Positions 30,211-41,054 of a stretch of 64,000 bases of DNA are shown here, in pieces; positions within the stretch are counted from its first letter, which is position 1; each line of letters starts with the position of its first letter. Origin of the DNA: Blastocatellia bacterium. Its GTDB lineage: Bacteria; Acidobacteriota; Blastocatellia; UBA7656. The position numbers and the translations under genes were made by a program. The notes under the pieces are model-generated. The model was not told the origin of the DNA. It did not search any database and was given only the letters and a program-made list of their open reading frames with translations. The stretch covers positions 1-64,000 of the forward strand of contig CAVXWP010000008.1 of NCBI GenBank assembly GCA_963765495.1, given 5' to 3'.

Positions 30211-31488
30211 ATGGCAGAAGAAGTAAATGAACTGATGGACATCAGTGAATTAAAAGAGATGTCCATCTCAAAATTAACCCATATTGCGAAGGATCTTGAC
30301 ATCCCCGGAGCCACCGGGATGCGAAAGCAGGAGTTGATCTTCAAGATACTTCAGGCCCAGACCGAGAAAAGCGGCCTGATATTTTCCGAGGGCGTTTTAG
30401 AGACCCTGCCCGACGGATTCGGCTTTTTGCGCGCTCCCGATTACAACTACCTGCCGGGGCCGGATGACATCTACGTGTCGCCTTCGCAGATTCGCAAGTT
30501 CGATCTTCGCACGGGCGATACGATCTCGGGTCAGATTCGCCCGCCAAAGGAAGGCGAGCGTTATTTCGCACTCATCAAGGTCGAAGCCATCAATTTCGAG
30601 CCGCCTGAGCAGGCGCGTGATCGGGTCTTTTTCGATAACCTTACGCCGCTTTACCCGGACGAGAAATTGCGACTCGAGACCGATTCGGAAAACCTTGCCG
30701 GTCGCGTCCTCGACCTGATGACCCCGATAGGCAAGGGACAGCGCGCCTTGATCGTAGCGCCGCCGCGCACTGGAAAGACGATGCTCCTGCAAAACATCGC
30801 CAACTCCATCACGCGCAATCACCCGGAAGTGACGCTCATCGTGCTGCTGATAGATGAACGGCCCGAAGAGGTCACCGATATGCAGCGCTCCGTTCACGGC
30901 GAGGTGATTAGCTCGACTTTTGATGAGCCGCCTACGCGCCACGTTCAGGTCGCCGACATGGTGATTGAAAAGGCAAAGCGACTGGTCGAATACAAGCGCG
31001 ATGTGGTGATCCTGCTCGATTCCATCACGCGACTTGCTCGCGCGCATAACGCGGTCGTACCGCCCTCGGGCAAGATACTTTCCGGTGGTATTGACTCGAA
31101 CGCGCTTCAGAAGCCGAAACGTTTCTTCGGCTCTGCGCGCAACATCGAAGAAGGCGGGTCGCTCACAATAATCGCAACGGCACTTATCGACACTGGCTCG
31201 CGCATGGATGATGTGATCTTTGAAGAGTTCAAAGGCACCGGCAACCTTGAAATCAATCTCGACCGCAAGCTGACCGAGAAGCGCGTCTTCCCGTCCATAG
31301 ACATCAACAAGTCTGGAACGCGCAAGGAAGAACTGCTGCTTGCCCCCATGGATTTCAACCGCATCATCGTGCTCCGAAGAGTGCTGTCACAGCTTTCGCC
31401 TACCGAGGCTATGGAGTTGCTGTTGGAGAAGCTTGGAAAGACCCGGTCAAACTCCGACTTCCTCGACTCCATGCAGTCACAGCCTTAA
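30211..31488 (+). CDS. rho: Transcription termination factor Rho
   Basis: [41 protein letters not shown]. Confidence 0.99.
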   Translation: MAEEVNELMDISELKEMSISKLTHIAKDLDIPGATGMRKQELIFKILQAQTEKSGLIFSEGVLETLPDGFGFLRAPDYNYLPGPDDIYVSPSQIRKFDLRTGDTISGQIRPPKEGERYFALIKVEAINFEPPEQARDRVFFDNLTPLYPDEKLRLETDSENLAGRVLDLMTPIGKGQRALIVAPPRTGKTMLLQNIANSITRNHPEVTLIVLLIDERPEEVTDMQRSVHGEVISSTFDEPPTRHVQVADMVIEKAKRLVEYKRDVVILLDSITRLARAHNAVVPPSGKILSGGIDSNALQKPKRFFGSARNIEEGGSLTIIATALIDTGSRMDDVIFEEFKGTGNLEINLDRKLTEKRVFPSIDINKSGTRKEELLLAPMDFNRIIVLRRVLSQLSPTEAMELLLEKLGKTRSNSDFLDSMQSQP

Positions 31489-31718
31489 GCCTCTACCTCA
31501 CTGCGTCTGGTTGGAACTCCGCCTGAGTGCGCCGTCTCCGTTATCGGGGACGGCGCCGAACGGCGTATGAGTATACGTATGTTCAATCGCTCCTTGGTGC
31601 CTGCGCTTGACGATTGAGTGTAGGTCAATCAGAATAGAGTAGCAGCGGCAGATAAATCCTGAACAATTGAATCAGGTAAGTGGTAACGCTCAAGGCATCA
31701 AACAAAGGAGAGAATCTC

Positions 31719-32393
31719 ATGCGTAAAATATCGTTGTTCGCAGCCGCCAGCGCGGTCCTGCTTACGCTGTCAATAGCGGGGGAGGCCCAGCATATTTCAG
31801 GCGATTATGTCGAGACGCGAAGCGCAGACGTATGGACCGGACCCTGTGTGGCAAACGGCGAAGTGAACCTGGCCGGAGATCAGGCAATTCTGGCCTGGCG
31901 CGTAAAAGAGGGCGCGTGGCAGGGCGTCTCGCTCGAAGGCTTGAGCGTCGTAGGCGTGGTGAAGGCCGGGGCAACCCTCGGCGATCCTTATACAAATCCC
32001 TACCCTGCAAAAGCCGTCTTGATCGTAGATCAGAGGGCTACGCCCGAACAACAAACGGCGCTTGTCGGATTTGCCCACGAGATGGGCGGAAAACTCCTGG
32101 GCAATGTCGTGCGAGTGGAAGTCGCTCCAATCGAGATGGAAGTGCATCACGAGGGGGGCCATCCAGGGAAAACAACTTTGCGCGCCGGAAATATCGCGGG
32201 CATAGAGACGCGCTCCATAGGAGCAAAGGATCACCTCTGCGGCAACGAAGAGACCTTCTATCCCCCGCTTTCCGAGTTGAGTCATTCGATGCCCGCCGTC
32301 GCTGAACTTGACCAGTATACGGGGTCGGACCTCGGAGTCTCGTGGACTCTGCGCGGCAAGCGAAGCGCATTTGTCGGTAGCTTCTCAAGATAG
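31719..32393 (+). CDS. Secreted DUF1326-like protein
   Basis: Signal peptide, GDYVETRSADVWTGPC..NGE, CGNE..FYPPL; AAGGAG RBS. Confidence 0.7.
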   Translation: MRKISLFAAASAVLLTLSIAGEAQHISGDYVETRSADVWTGPCVANGEVNLAGDQAILAWRVKEGAWQGVSLEGLSVVGVVKAGATLGDPYTNPYPAKAVLIVDQRATPEQQTALVGFAHEMGGKLLGNVVRVEVAPIEMEVHHEGGHPGKTTLRAGNIAGIETRSIGAKDHLCGNEETFYPPLSELSHSMPAVAELDQYTGSDLGVSWTLRGKRSAFVGSFSR

Positions 32394-32494
32394 ATAAATT
32401 GTCTCGCGGGAAGGAAAATGAACGGTTGGGAAGAGCGGTCCATGTCGTAGGCGTGGCGAGCGCTTCTTACAATCAGCGGTCTGGAGAGCAGTAG

Positions 32495-33157
32495 ATGTTT
32501 GTTAGAAAACTTGGCTTGTTATCCTTGATTTTGATCTTGCCTTTTGCGGCGCTTGGAGACGGCGAGAAGGTCGAAACCATCGGGCCTTTGACGGATCAGA
32601 GCGCAAGCGAAACTCTTCGCGGCGCTCTCGATTCGACGGGCTATCGGGTAAAGGCGGCAGACGGTTCAGAGGTCTGTGACATCTGGCTCAGAAAATCGGT
32701 TGCGTCTAAAGAGAACTCCACTACGCCAGGCGTGCTTTTATCCGAGGTTTCGGATTCGGCGCTTGTCGGAGTGATCTCATTTCCAAAAGCGACAACCGAT
32801 TTTCGAGGTCAGGCCCTAAAGGCCGGAACCTATACGATGCGTTATGGCCTGCATCCGACCGATGGCAATCATATGGGGATCTCCACTTACCGCGATTTCC
32901 TTATCCTCGTGCCCGTGGCTGATGATAAAGACCCCGACGCAAAAATCGAGTTCAAAGACCTGATGAAAATGAGCACAAAAGCGTCAGGGACCAATCATCC
33001 GGCCCCGCTCGATGTAGTCTATCCGCAGGGCCAGGGCGATTCGCCTTCCGTCACCGAAGACGATCAGGAGCATCTCGTCTTTGAAACAAAGCTCAAGACT
33101 CAGTCTGGAAACACTATGCCGTTCGCCTTCATAGTAAAAGGTATCGCCGAACAATAG
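32495..33157 (+). CDS. Conserved secreted hypothetical protein
   Basis: Signal peptide; DFRGQ..AGTYTMRYG.HP.DGNHMG...RDFL, GTNHP. Confidence 0.75.
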   Translation: MFVRKLGLLSLILILPFAALGDGEKVETIGPLTDQSASETLRGALDSTGYRVKAADGSEVCDIWLRKSVASKENSTTPGVLLSEVSDSALVGVISFPKATTDFRGQALKAGTYTMRYGLHPTDGNHMGISTYRDFLILVPVADDKDPDAKIEFKDLMKMSTKASGTNHPAPLDVVYPQGQGDSPSVTEDDQEHLVFETKLKTQSGNTMPFAFIVKGIAEQ

Positions 33158-33205
33158 CGAAGCGGCTCATCTGTGCGGCTGTTCGAAATTTTCGATCTGA
33201 TCTTT

Positions 33206-34375
33206 ATGGCTCGTATTGCGATATTAAAGCTCGGAGTTTTACTCGCGCTGGCGCTTGTTTCTTCGACCTTTGTTTTCTCGATCTTTGTGCGAGCCGACGA
33301 TACAAACAACGAGGCGTTCAAGTTGGATGTCCCGCTGGGCATCCCGGCCGATCTGTGGTCATACTACATTCCAAAAGACAACCCTCTGACAACAGCGAAG
33401 GTGAATCTCGGGCGGCAGCTTTTTTTCGATAAGCGACTGTCGGCCGATGCAAGCGTGAGTTGCGCTACCTGTCACGACCCGAAACTCGCTTTTACGGACG
33501 GCAGAAATCTCGCCGTCGGGATAGGCAACAGGGTTGGCAGGCGTAATTCACCTACTCTGCTCAACGCCATGTTTGTTTCGGGGCAGTTCTGGGATGGCCG
33601 GGTTGATTCGCTTGAAGCGCAGGCGAAGTTGCCGCTAATTGAATCAAATGAGATGGGCAATGAATCGCTTGAGCAAGTCGCCGCAAGGCTTGAGGCTGTG
33701 CCTGAATACGCCAGACAGTTCCGCGAAGTCTTTGGCGGCCCTGTGACTGTCGATTTCATAGCTAAGGCAATCGCGTCGTTTGAACGTACGCTGGTTTCCG
33801 CCAATTCGCCTCTTGATCGCTTTGTAAACGGAGACCGTGATGCCTTGAGCGAATCCGCCCGTCGCGGATTTGTGTTGTTTCGCACAAAGGGGAGATGCAC
33901 GATCTGTCATAACCTGAATCAGGCGTTCCCGTTTCTGACCGATCAAAATTTTCGCAACACGGGTGTAGCAGCCAACAGCCTGTCCTTTGACCGTTTTGCC
34001 AGGACCGCTATGCGGCTATCGAAAAGCGCCGACCTGAGTCTGACGCTAAAGGGGCTTGCCGCAGAAGAAGGGGCGGCAGAACTGGGGCGGTTTCTTGTCA
34101 CCGGGAGCGCGCTCGATATAGGCACTTTCAGAACGCCGTCGCTCAGAAACGTAGAGCTTACCGCGCCTTACTTTCACGACGGCAGCGCCGCCACGCTTGG
34201 GGATGTACTTCGGTTTTACATCAAGGGAGGAAACGAAAATCCGAGCAAGGATTGGGAACTTCAACCCCTAGACCTGAGCGATGATGAGCAGCATGACCTT
34301 ATAGAATTTCTGAAATCACTCACTAGCGACGATGCGCGGCAGACGAGCGAAATAGCCGCGAGTCTTTCTCATTAG
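33206..34375 (+). CDS. Diheme cytochrome c peroxidase superfamily protein, MauG-like
   Basis: CATCH and CTICH heme motifs, QFWDGR, FRTPSLRNV..TAPYFHDG. Confidence 0.92.
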   Translation: MARIAILKLGVLLALALVSSTFVFSIFVRADDTNNEAFKLDVPLGIPADLWSYYIPKDNPLTTAKVNLGRQLFFDKRLSADASVSCATCHDPKLAFTDGRNLAVGIGNRVGRRNSPTLLNAMFVSGQFWDGRVDSLEAQAKLPLIESNEMGNESLEQVAARLEAVPEYARQFREVFGGPVTVDFIAKAIASFERTLVSANSPLDRFVNGDRDALSESARRGFVLFRTKGRCTICHNLNQAFPFLTDQNFRNTGVAANSLSFDRFARTAMRLSKSADLSLTLKGLAAEEGAAELGRFLVTGSALDIGTFRTPSLRNVELTAPYFHDGSAATLGDVLRFYIKGGNENPSKDWELQPLDLSDDEQHDLIEFLKSLTSDDARQTSEIAASLSH

Positions 34376-34528
34376 CGCGGCTTGAAACCCTGATCGTATC
34401 TGCTCAGATAGAGAGAACAATTTGCCACAGAGACACAAAGAGACAGAGTTTTTTATTATATTTTCTCTGTGCCTTCGAGCCTCCGTGGCTTTTCTGAATT
34501 CTTTTGCCTGATCAAACCTTTAACTCAC

Positions 34529-35740
34529 GTGAAATCGAGCGAAGTCATTATCATCGGAGGCGGCATAGTAGGGCTGGCCACGGCTTACGATCTTTCTCAT
34601 CGCTATCCCGACAAACCCGTCATGGTCTTAGAAAAAGAGCATGAGCTTGCGGCGCATCAGACCGGGCGCAATTCAGGGGTGCTTCATTCAGGGATTTATT
34701 ACAAACCGGGATCGTTGAAGGCGTTTGCCTGCCGGGAAGGGAAGCGTGCCCTGGAAGCGTTTTGCGAGCGCGAAGACGTTCGGTTTCGTCTGTGCGGGAA
34801 GGTCATTGTCGCATGTGAAGAATCAGAACTTGACCGGCTGAATTTTCTCTACGAGCGAGGCAGGGCTAACGGCGTAGGGTGTGAAATAATTTCGCGCTCA
34901 CGCCTCGATGAGATCGAGCCTCACGCGAGAGGGCTGAAAGCCATTCACATCCCCGGGGCCGGGATAGTCGATTACGGGGAAGCGTGCGAGCGAATGGCGG
35001 CGCGGATTCGTGAGAGGGGCGGCAGCGTGATAACCGATGCGCGCGTGACAGGCATAGTTGAAAAAACGGATGAAGTAATTCTTGAGAGCACGGCGGGCGA
35101 TTTTTCTGCGCGCTACCTGATCAACTGCGCCGGGTTGCAGGCGGATCGCGTGACCGCTATGAGCGGCGCAAGGTCCCCGGTCCTGATAGTTCCATTCAGG
35201 GGTGAATACTTCAAGCTCAAGCCGAAGGCCGCCGGGCTCTGTCGGGGATTGATCTACCCCGTGCCCGATCCGAGATTTCCGTTTCTTGGAGTTCATGTTA
35301 CTCCTATGACCGACGGCTCGGTCGAGTGTGGCCCCGGGGCTATCCTCGCTTTTGCCCGGGAGGGCTATCAAAAGACCGATATAAACCTTGCAGATCTGGT
35401 AGAGACTTTGACTTATCCGGGGTTTCTCAGATTGGCGGCGCGTTACTGGAGAAAAGGGGCGGCCGAGATGTGGCAATCGCTCAATAAAGCGGCGTTTGTA
35501 AGAGCGGTTCAGCGCCTCGTGCCTGAAATAGAAGCGGAGGATATGATCCCCTCTCCGTCGGGCGTTCGCGCTCAGGCGCTCGCTCCTGATGGTACGATGG
35601 TGGACGATTTCGCTTTTCAGGAGCAGCCCCGAATCGTCAACGTAATAAACGCGCCTTCACCGGCCGCGACCTCTTCACTCGCGCTCGGCAAAATGATAGT
35701 CGAGCGCCTCGCAACCAGATTCGATGATGCGATGCCTTGA
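34529..35740 (+). CDS. lhgO: L-2-hydroxyglutarate oxidase
   Basis: GGGIVG, HQTGRNSGVLHSGIYY, PFRGEY, PFLGVH, NAPSPAATS. Confidence 0.93.
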   Translation: MKSSEVIIIGGGIVGLATAYDLSHRYPDKPVMVLEKEHELAAHQTGRNSGVLHSGIYYKPGSLKAFACREGKRALEAFCEREDVRFRLCGKVIVACEESELDRLNFLYERGRANGVGCEIISRSRLDEIEPHARGLKAIHIPGAGIVDYGEACERMAARIRERGGSVITDARVTGIVEKTDEVILESTAGDFSARYLINCAGLQADRVTAMSGARSPVLIVPFRGEYFKLKPKAAGLCRGLIYPVPDPRFPFLGVHVTPMTDGSVECGPGAILAFAREGYQKTDINLADLVETLTYPGFLRLAARYWRKGAAEMWQSLNKAAFVRAVQRLVPEIEAEDMIPSPSGVRAQALAPDGTMVDDFAFQEQPRIVNVINAPSPAATSSLALGKMIVERLATRFDDAMP

Positions 35741-35766
35741 TCTAAACCCAACTCCATAAATAGGGT

Positions 35767-35814
35767 AGTTGAAATAGACCACGGATGACGCGGATGCGGC
35801 GGATTTTCGCGGAT
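35767..35814 (-). repeat. Single arm of the dispersed CGGAT-unit palindrome
   Basis: Reverse complement of 42662-42709 with one mismatch. Confidence 0.85.
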
Positions 35815-35834
35815 CTGAACAAAGTTTTATCGGG

Positions 35835-36692
35835 TCAATCCTTAAGCAGAGCGCGAATGCGGGGCTCAAGCGCCGCGCGAATCTCGTCATCTGAGAGCGC
35901 GTATTCGATTACGGTTTTCAGATAATTTATCGGGTCGCCGATGGTGAGCCATTCGCCTCCGGTGACTGGAGCCGTCACAAAGCGTCCGCCACGTCGAACG
36001 TATTCGCGTACGGCATCGGTCAGCCACAGCTCGTTCGATTTGCCCAGAGGAATCTCGGTCAGGACTTGAATTATATCGGTAGACAGCAGGAAGCGACCGA
36101 ACATCGCGAGGTTTGAGGGCGCTTCTTCGCGGCCCGGCTTTTCAATGACATCAATCATCTCCCGGTCACGGTCGCCCGCTTTGAGCTTTACCATGCCGTA
36201 GCGGTCTACGTCTTCCCACGGCACTTCTTGAGTGCCCGCGACGAGCGCGCCCGTTCTATCATGGGCTTCGATCATTATCCGGGCGAATGGCCTGTCGCCT
36301 TTTATGATGTCATCACCATAGGAATATATGAAGCCCTCGCCTTCGGGAATGTGCGAACGTGCCACGATGAGAGGGGTGCCGTTTCCGTAAGGTCCTTGCT
36401 GGGCTTCGAAGATTATTTCTATGCCGGAGAGCTTATCAACAAACTCATCCAGGCGTGGGCGCTTGCCGCGCGGCGGCAGGTTGGAAAGATCGAATTGACG
36501 CTTGAGCGGTTCCGGGTTTTCGCCCGTTATGATTATGATCTTGTTCAGACCTGAGTCTATGTATTCTTCGATTATCAAATGTATCGCGGGTTTGTTTATG
36601 ATCGGCAAGAGTTCCTTGGGATAACCGAGTGTCACGGGAAGCATTCGCGTGCCCGAGCCTGCCGCTGCTATCACACCCGTTCTTACTTTCAT
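35835..36692 (-). CDS. galU: UTP-glucose-1-phosphate uridylyltransferase-like sugar nucleotidyltransferase
   Basis: AAGSGTRMLP..PKELLP, IEKP, ELWLTDA. Confidence 0.8.
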   Translation of the reverse strand: MKVRTGVIAAAGSGTRMLPVTLGYPKELLPIINKPAIHLIIEEYIDSGLNKIIIITGENPEPLKRQFDLSNLPPRGKRPRLDEFVDKLSGIEIIFEAQQGPYGNGTPLIVARSHIPEGEGFIYSYGDDIIKGDRPFARIMIEAHDRTGALVAGTQEVPWEDVDRYGMVKLKAGDRDREMIDVIEKPGREEAPSNLAMFGRFLLSTDIIQVLTEIPLGKSNELWLTDAVREYVRRGGRFVTAPVTGGEWLTIGDPINYLKTVIEYALSDDEIRAALEPRIRALLKD

Positions 36693-36778
36693 TTCGCTTT
36701 TCTCCTCCTATATGCTCTGCCTGTCGGCGATGTTAAAGTATAGCCTCTTGGGGCTCATCTCACCAATTAGCGGAAAGT

Positions 36779-37660
36779 ATGGCAAGAGCGAGTAACCATC
36801 AATCATGCGAATCTCGGTTGAACCGCATCGTAAATGTCGCGTCGGTTCGACACCTGAGCCCGTTCCGATATCCGGGCGGAAAAACATGGCTTGTTCCTCT
36901 GATAAGGCAGTGGCTGAAACGTCGTCCCACCGAGTTTATTGAGCCGTTCGCTGGTGGCGGCATCATAAGCCTCACGGTAGCCAGCGAAGAACTGTCCCGG
37001 CACGTGACGATGGCGGAACTGGATAATCAGGTGGCCGCCGTGTGGAAGACTATTCTGGTTAATAACGAAGCCGAGTGGCTTGCCGAAAAGATTATAAGCT
37101 TTGAGCTTACTCTTGAATCGGTTCTGAAGGAGCTTGCCAGACCACCCGAATCTACAGGTCAGAAGGCATTCCAAACCATTCTCAAGAATCGAACTTTTCA
37201 CGGCGGCATTATTGCTTCGGGCTCCGCGCCCGTAAGACGGGGCGAAAATGGCAGGGGAGTCAAGTCCAGGTGGTACGCAGAAACCCTCAGAAAAAGGATA
37301 TTGAATATTGCCGCTTTCAGTGAGCGGATCACTTTTATCGAAGGCGATGGTTTGGAACTTATCAAGCAAAATGCTCACCGATCCGATGTCGCATTCTTTA
37401 TTGATCCGCCGTATACGGCAGCGGGCAAGCGAGCGGGCAGACGGCTCTATACGCATTGCGAACTGAACCATGAGGAATTATTCGATAGCGTAGATACGGT
37501 CTCGGGCGATTTCTTGATGACTTACGATACGGCTGAAGGAGTGCAGGAGCTTGCTCGAAAACACAACTTCGATACGGAGCGGGTGGCGATGAAAAACACT
37601 CATCACGCCCGGATGGCCGAATTATTGATCGGGCGTAATCTCGATTGGGCCCGAGTGTAG
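36779..37660 (+). CDS. DNA adenine methyltransferase (Dam/D12 class), orphan
   Basis: SPFRYPGGK, EPFAGGG, FIDPPY. Confidence 0.9.
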   Translation: MARASNHQSCESRLNRIVNVASVRHLSPFRYPGGKTWLVPLIRQWLKRRPTEFIEPFAGGGIISLTVASEELSRHVTMAELDNQVAAVWKTILVNNEAEWLAEKIISFELTLESVLKELARPPESTGQKAFQTILKNRTFHGGIIASGSAPVRRGENGRGVKSRWYAETLRKRILNIAAFSERITFIEGDGLELIKQNAHRSDVAFFIDPPYTAAGKRAGRRLYTHCELNHEELFDSVDTVSGDFLMTYDTAEGVQELARKHNFDTERVAMKNTHHARMAELLIGRNLDWARV

Positions 37661-37666
37661 CCGACC

Positions 37667-37719
37667 TTTTATACTGGATTGACAGGATAAAAAGAGAGCC
37701 CTGTCAATCCAGTATAAAA
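37667..37719. terminator. Bidirectional terminator-like hairpin between convergent genes
   Basis: Perfect 20-bp inverted repeat TTTTATACTGGATTGACAGG / CCTGTCAATCCAGTATAAAA. Confidence 0.7.
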
Positions 37720-37736
37720 ACTTTAACCATACTGAT

Positions 37737-39731
37737 TCAAGGCAGAGCGAAGGCTACAACGTAATCGCCCATCTTTGTTCCAAGTTTGCCGTGACCACCG
37801 GCAGAAATCACTACGTATTGCTTGCCCTTTTCACTAACGCGATAACTCATAGGAGTCGCCTGTGCGCTTGCAGGCAGCTCGCCTTTCCACAATTCCTTTC
37901 CTGTTTCAACATCGAAGGCTCGCAGATATGTATCCATCGCGGCGGCTATAAAGACTACGCCGCCTGCCGTGACGATACCGCCCCCGAGGTTGAGCGATCC
38001 CCATTCGGAAGAATTTGGGATCATAGCCATCTGGGGAATAGCGCCGAGCGGCACCTCCCATCGCAGCTTGCCTGTTGAGAGATCAACCGCCGTCAAGGTT
38101 CCCCAGGGCGGGGCGTTGCACGGCACGCCGCTTGGCGCAAGTAACGGCTCACGATAAATTATCAGCTTGTCCGTCATTCGCCCGAATTCGCCTTTCAATC
38201 TGTTGTCTTCGGTAGTGTTTTTAAACTTTGCCACTTCTTCTCGCGCCATCAACTTCACAACCGTTGCCAGTCGGTTTGTGCTCGTGATCAGCAAATTGTG
38301 TCTGGAATCGAAAGCCATACCGCCCCAGTTTACGCCGCCCACATTCCCGGGGAACATAATGGTGCCTTCAAAGCTTGGAGGCGTGAAGATGCCCTCCGAA
38401 CGAAGAGATTTTATTCGCTCTCGACACCAGTCGCGATCTTTTTCATTGAATCCCCAGGCATCATCGGGCGAGAGTTTGCTTGGGACGATTGGAGGAGGAA
38501 GCACCGGAAACGGCTGAGTCGGGAAGGCCTCTTCGCCGGGAACGGAACTCTTACCGACGGCGCGCTCTTCGACCGGAAACAGGGATTTGCCCGTTTCGCG
38601 ATTTAGAACAAAGATATGCCCCATCTTTGTCGCTACGGCGACCGCCGGAATATCTCGCCCGTTTTTCCTGATGGTGATTAGCATCGGCTGCGCGGCGATG
38701 TCGTAATCCCAGAGGTCGTGATGCACTACCTGAAAGTGCCAGACGAGCTTGCCCGTTGAAGCGCGCAAAGCGACTACGGAATTGGCATAGCGATTATCTC
38801 CTTTGCGCTCGCCGCCGTAGAAATCGGGGCTGGGGCTTGACGTGGGGATAAAGACCATATCGTGCTGCGGGTCCGCAGAGATTATCGACCAGGCATTCGT
38901 GTCGCCTGTGCGAACCGCGCCGTCGCCTTGCCAGGACTTCCGCGCCTGTTCAGTGTCTTGCGCGGGTATCGGGTCCCAACTCCACTTCATCTGCCCTGTG
39001 CGCGCATCATAGCCGCGTACCACACCGCGTTCGACTTCGACCCCGCGATTGTCGCCTATCGAAGAGCCTACCACTACCAGATCGCCGATTATCGCGGGAG
39101 GCGAAGTGACCTGATACATGCCTTTTTCGGTCAGCTTTATACCCTGGGTCAAATCCACCTGCCCGTTTTGACCAAACTCTTTGCAAGGCTCGCCCGTGGC
39201 AGCATCAAGCGCGATCAACCGAGCGTCAACCGTACCCAGAAATATCCTTCGACGACCGGCGGCACCGGGCTTTGCACGGCTATCGAGCCAGGTCGAGACG
39301 CCTCTCGATGTGAGTTCGGAATAATTCACAGTCGGGTTCAACTTAGGATCAAACACCCATCTCTCCTTGCCCGTCTCGGGGTCGAGCGCCACAACGCGGT
39401 TGAAAGGAGTGCTGAGATAAAGAGTTCCGTCAACCATTATGGGAGTCGCTTCAAAGGCCGCCTTACCGGCCGAACGCGCCTTGATACTTGAGTCTCCAGT
39501 GCGGTAGGTCCAGGCGATCTTTAATTCTTTCACATTCTGCCGGTTGATTTGATCGATTGGGGCAAAGCGCGAGCCTCCTCCGTCCCGACCGTATGCGGGC
39601 CAATCCTCTCTCTTCCCGGCAGACTGACCATAGGCGCTGAAACGCTCCGACATCGGAATAATGGATTGGCCGAGCAAAAATATTGTCGCAAGCAGGAATA
39701 CGACCTTCGGGTTAATGCCTCTCAACTTCAT
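37737..39731 (-). CDS. PQQ-dependent dehydrogenase (glucose/quinate family)
   Basis: DWPAYG, QINRQNV, EATP, HHDLWDYD, PPWG, ATPMSY. Confidence 0.93.
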   Translation of the reverse strand: MKLRGINPKVVFLLATIFLLGQSIIPMSERFSAYGQSAGKREDWPAYGRDGGGSRFAPIDQINRQNVKELKIAWTYRTGDSSIKARSAGKAAFEATPIMVDGTLYLSTPFNRVVALDPETGKERWVFDPKLNPTVNYSELTSRGVSTWLDSRAKPGAAGRRRIFLGTVDARLIALDAATGEPCKEFGQNGQVDLTQGIKLTEKGMYQVTSPPAIIGDLVVVGSSIGDNRGVEVERGVVRGYDARTGQMKWSWDPIPAQDTEQARKSWQGDGAVRTGDTNAWSIISADPQHDMVFIPTSSPSPDFYGGERKGDNRYANSVVALRASTGKLVWHFQVVHHDLWDYDIAAQPMLITIRKNGRDIPAVAVATKMGHIFVLNRETGKSLFPVEERAVGKSSVPGEEAFPTQPFPVLPPPIVPSKLSPDDAWGFNEKDRDWCRERIKSLRSEGIFTPPSFEGTIMFPGNVGGVNWGGMAFDSRHNLLITSTNRLATVVKLMAREEVAKFKNTTEDNRLKGEFGRMTDKLIIYREPLLAPSGVPCNAPPWGTLTAVDLSTGKLRWEVPLGAIPQMAMIPNSSEWGSLNLGGGIVTAGGVVFIAAAMDTYLRAFDVETGKELWKGELPASAQATPMSYRVSEKGKQYVVISAGGHGKLGTKMGDYVVAFALP

Positions 39732-39786
39732 CTCTCCACCCTTTCTAAATCAATATTTTGTCTTCTGATAAATCACGCATCACGTA

Positions 39787-40314
39787 TCACGCATCACGTT
39801 TGCCTTCCCACATAGATCGGTCCATACCATAGACCAATACCTCGTGCGTCATTAATTCTGTCCTGCCTTCGAGTCGTTCTCCGAGTCTTTCGGCCACTCG
39901 AATCGAATTCGTATTTGCAGGTTGGATGAAGCTGATAATGTGAGGTGCGTGCAGTTCCGAGAACGCATAATCGAGTGAAGCAAACGCGGCTTCGGTGGCA
40001 AATCCCCGGCCCCAGTGATCGCGGCCTAACATCCAGCCGATTTCAAGCTCGGGCCATCCTTCTGGCATCCAGCATCCGATACGCCCGATCAGTTTTTGAG
40101 TGGCGCGCTCTTCAACGGCCCACAACCCGAAGCCGCGAATTTGCCAGTGGCCGATAATCATAGCTATGTGCCGCCATGCTTCCGCTCTGGACATTGGCCT
40201 GCCGTCGCCGAGATAACGCACTACTTCAAGGTCGGCGCACATCTCGGCGTAGGCGTCGAGATCCGACTCGCGAAACATTCGAAGCAATAGCCGATCTGTT
40301 TCGAGCGTCTTCAT
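39787..40314 (-). CDS. GNAT family N-acetyltransferase (RimJ/RimL-like)
   Basis: LETDRLLLR, EIGW, WGRGFATEA, N.NSIRVAERLG. Confidence 0.92.
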   Translation of the reverse strand: MKTLETDRLLLRMFRESDLDAYAEMCADLEVVRYLGDGRPMSRAEAWRHIAMIIGHWQIRGFGLWAVEERATQKLIGRIGCWMPEGWPELEIGWMLGRDHWGRGFATEAAFASLDYAFSELHAPHIISFIQPANTNSIRVAERLGERLEGRTELMTHEVLVYGMDRSMWEGKRDA

Positions 40315-40369
40315 ATCAACCCGGCCGCTTCAATCGATTCTCGCTTTTGGCAGGCGACGTGTCTGTCGA

Positions 40370-40873
40370 TTAGCTCTCGTCCGCAGACGGACCATAGAGC
40401 GCGGGAACCGGTATATCGTTCAGCCGCAGGTAGACGCTAAGCTGCCCGCGATGGTGGATGATGTGATTCATGATAAAGCTCCTCAACACCGCGACCCGAG
40501 GCAGCGTCATCACGGTATGCCCGCCGGAAAGAAGCGACCAGGAGGTTACGAGAAATTCGTCGCTTGCACCGGCGATTGCCGCTCGCGCGTCGGCTACGTT
40601 TTTATCAAAAATGGCGAGGACTTCTTCTGTTGAACCCGCCGGCGTAGCCTTCGGAGGCGGCCCGCCGCCGGGAGCCATGTCGAAGTTGTCGGAATTTATT
40701 GAGCGGCTCGCCCAGGTCGGAAGGTTGGCCAGGTGTGTGGCAAGGCTTCCCATAGACATAGACTTCTCGTGCGGTTTCCAATCCAACTTTTCATCGGGGA
40801 CTCGTTCGAGCGTTTTTCTAGTATTCGCCATTTCATAATCGAATTCCGGTAACAGTGCTTTTGTGATTGCCAT
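40370..40873 (-). CDS. DinB family protein
   Basis: WKPHEKSM, HIIHHRGQLSVYLR. Confidence 0.9.
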   Translation of the reverse strand: MAITKALLPEFDYEMANTRKTLERVPDEKLDWKPHEKSMSMGSLATHLANLPTWASRSINSDNFDMAPGGGPPPKATPAGSTEEVLAIFDKNVADARAAIAGASDEFLVTSWSLLSGGHTVMTLPRVAVLRSFIMNHIIHHRGQLSVYLRLNDIPVPALYGPSADES

Positions 40874-41054
40874 CTTATCCTCCAAAAATTAGATTCGCGC
40901 AAGAATGCGTGTGATTCCGGGTAAAAGCTTAATGGAATTGATTTGCGATGTCCATTCTGCGGGGGAAGGCAAACACCTGACAAACCGATTTAACCGGGCT
41001 CTTTGTCAGGCGCTTGTCTTTATTCGTGATTCGCACTTCGAGCAATGCTCGAAA

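Noticed and set aside
34469-34528. Extended lhgO N-terminus
   Set aside because: It starts inside an intergenic palindrome; GTG at 34529 fits the FAD-binding motif better
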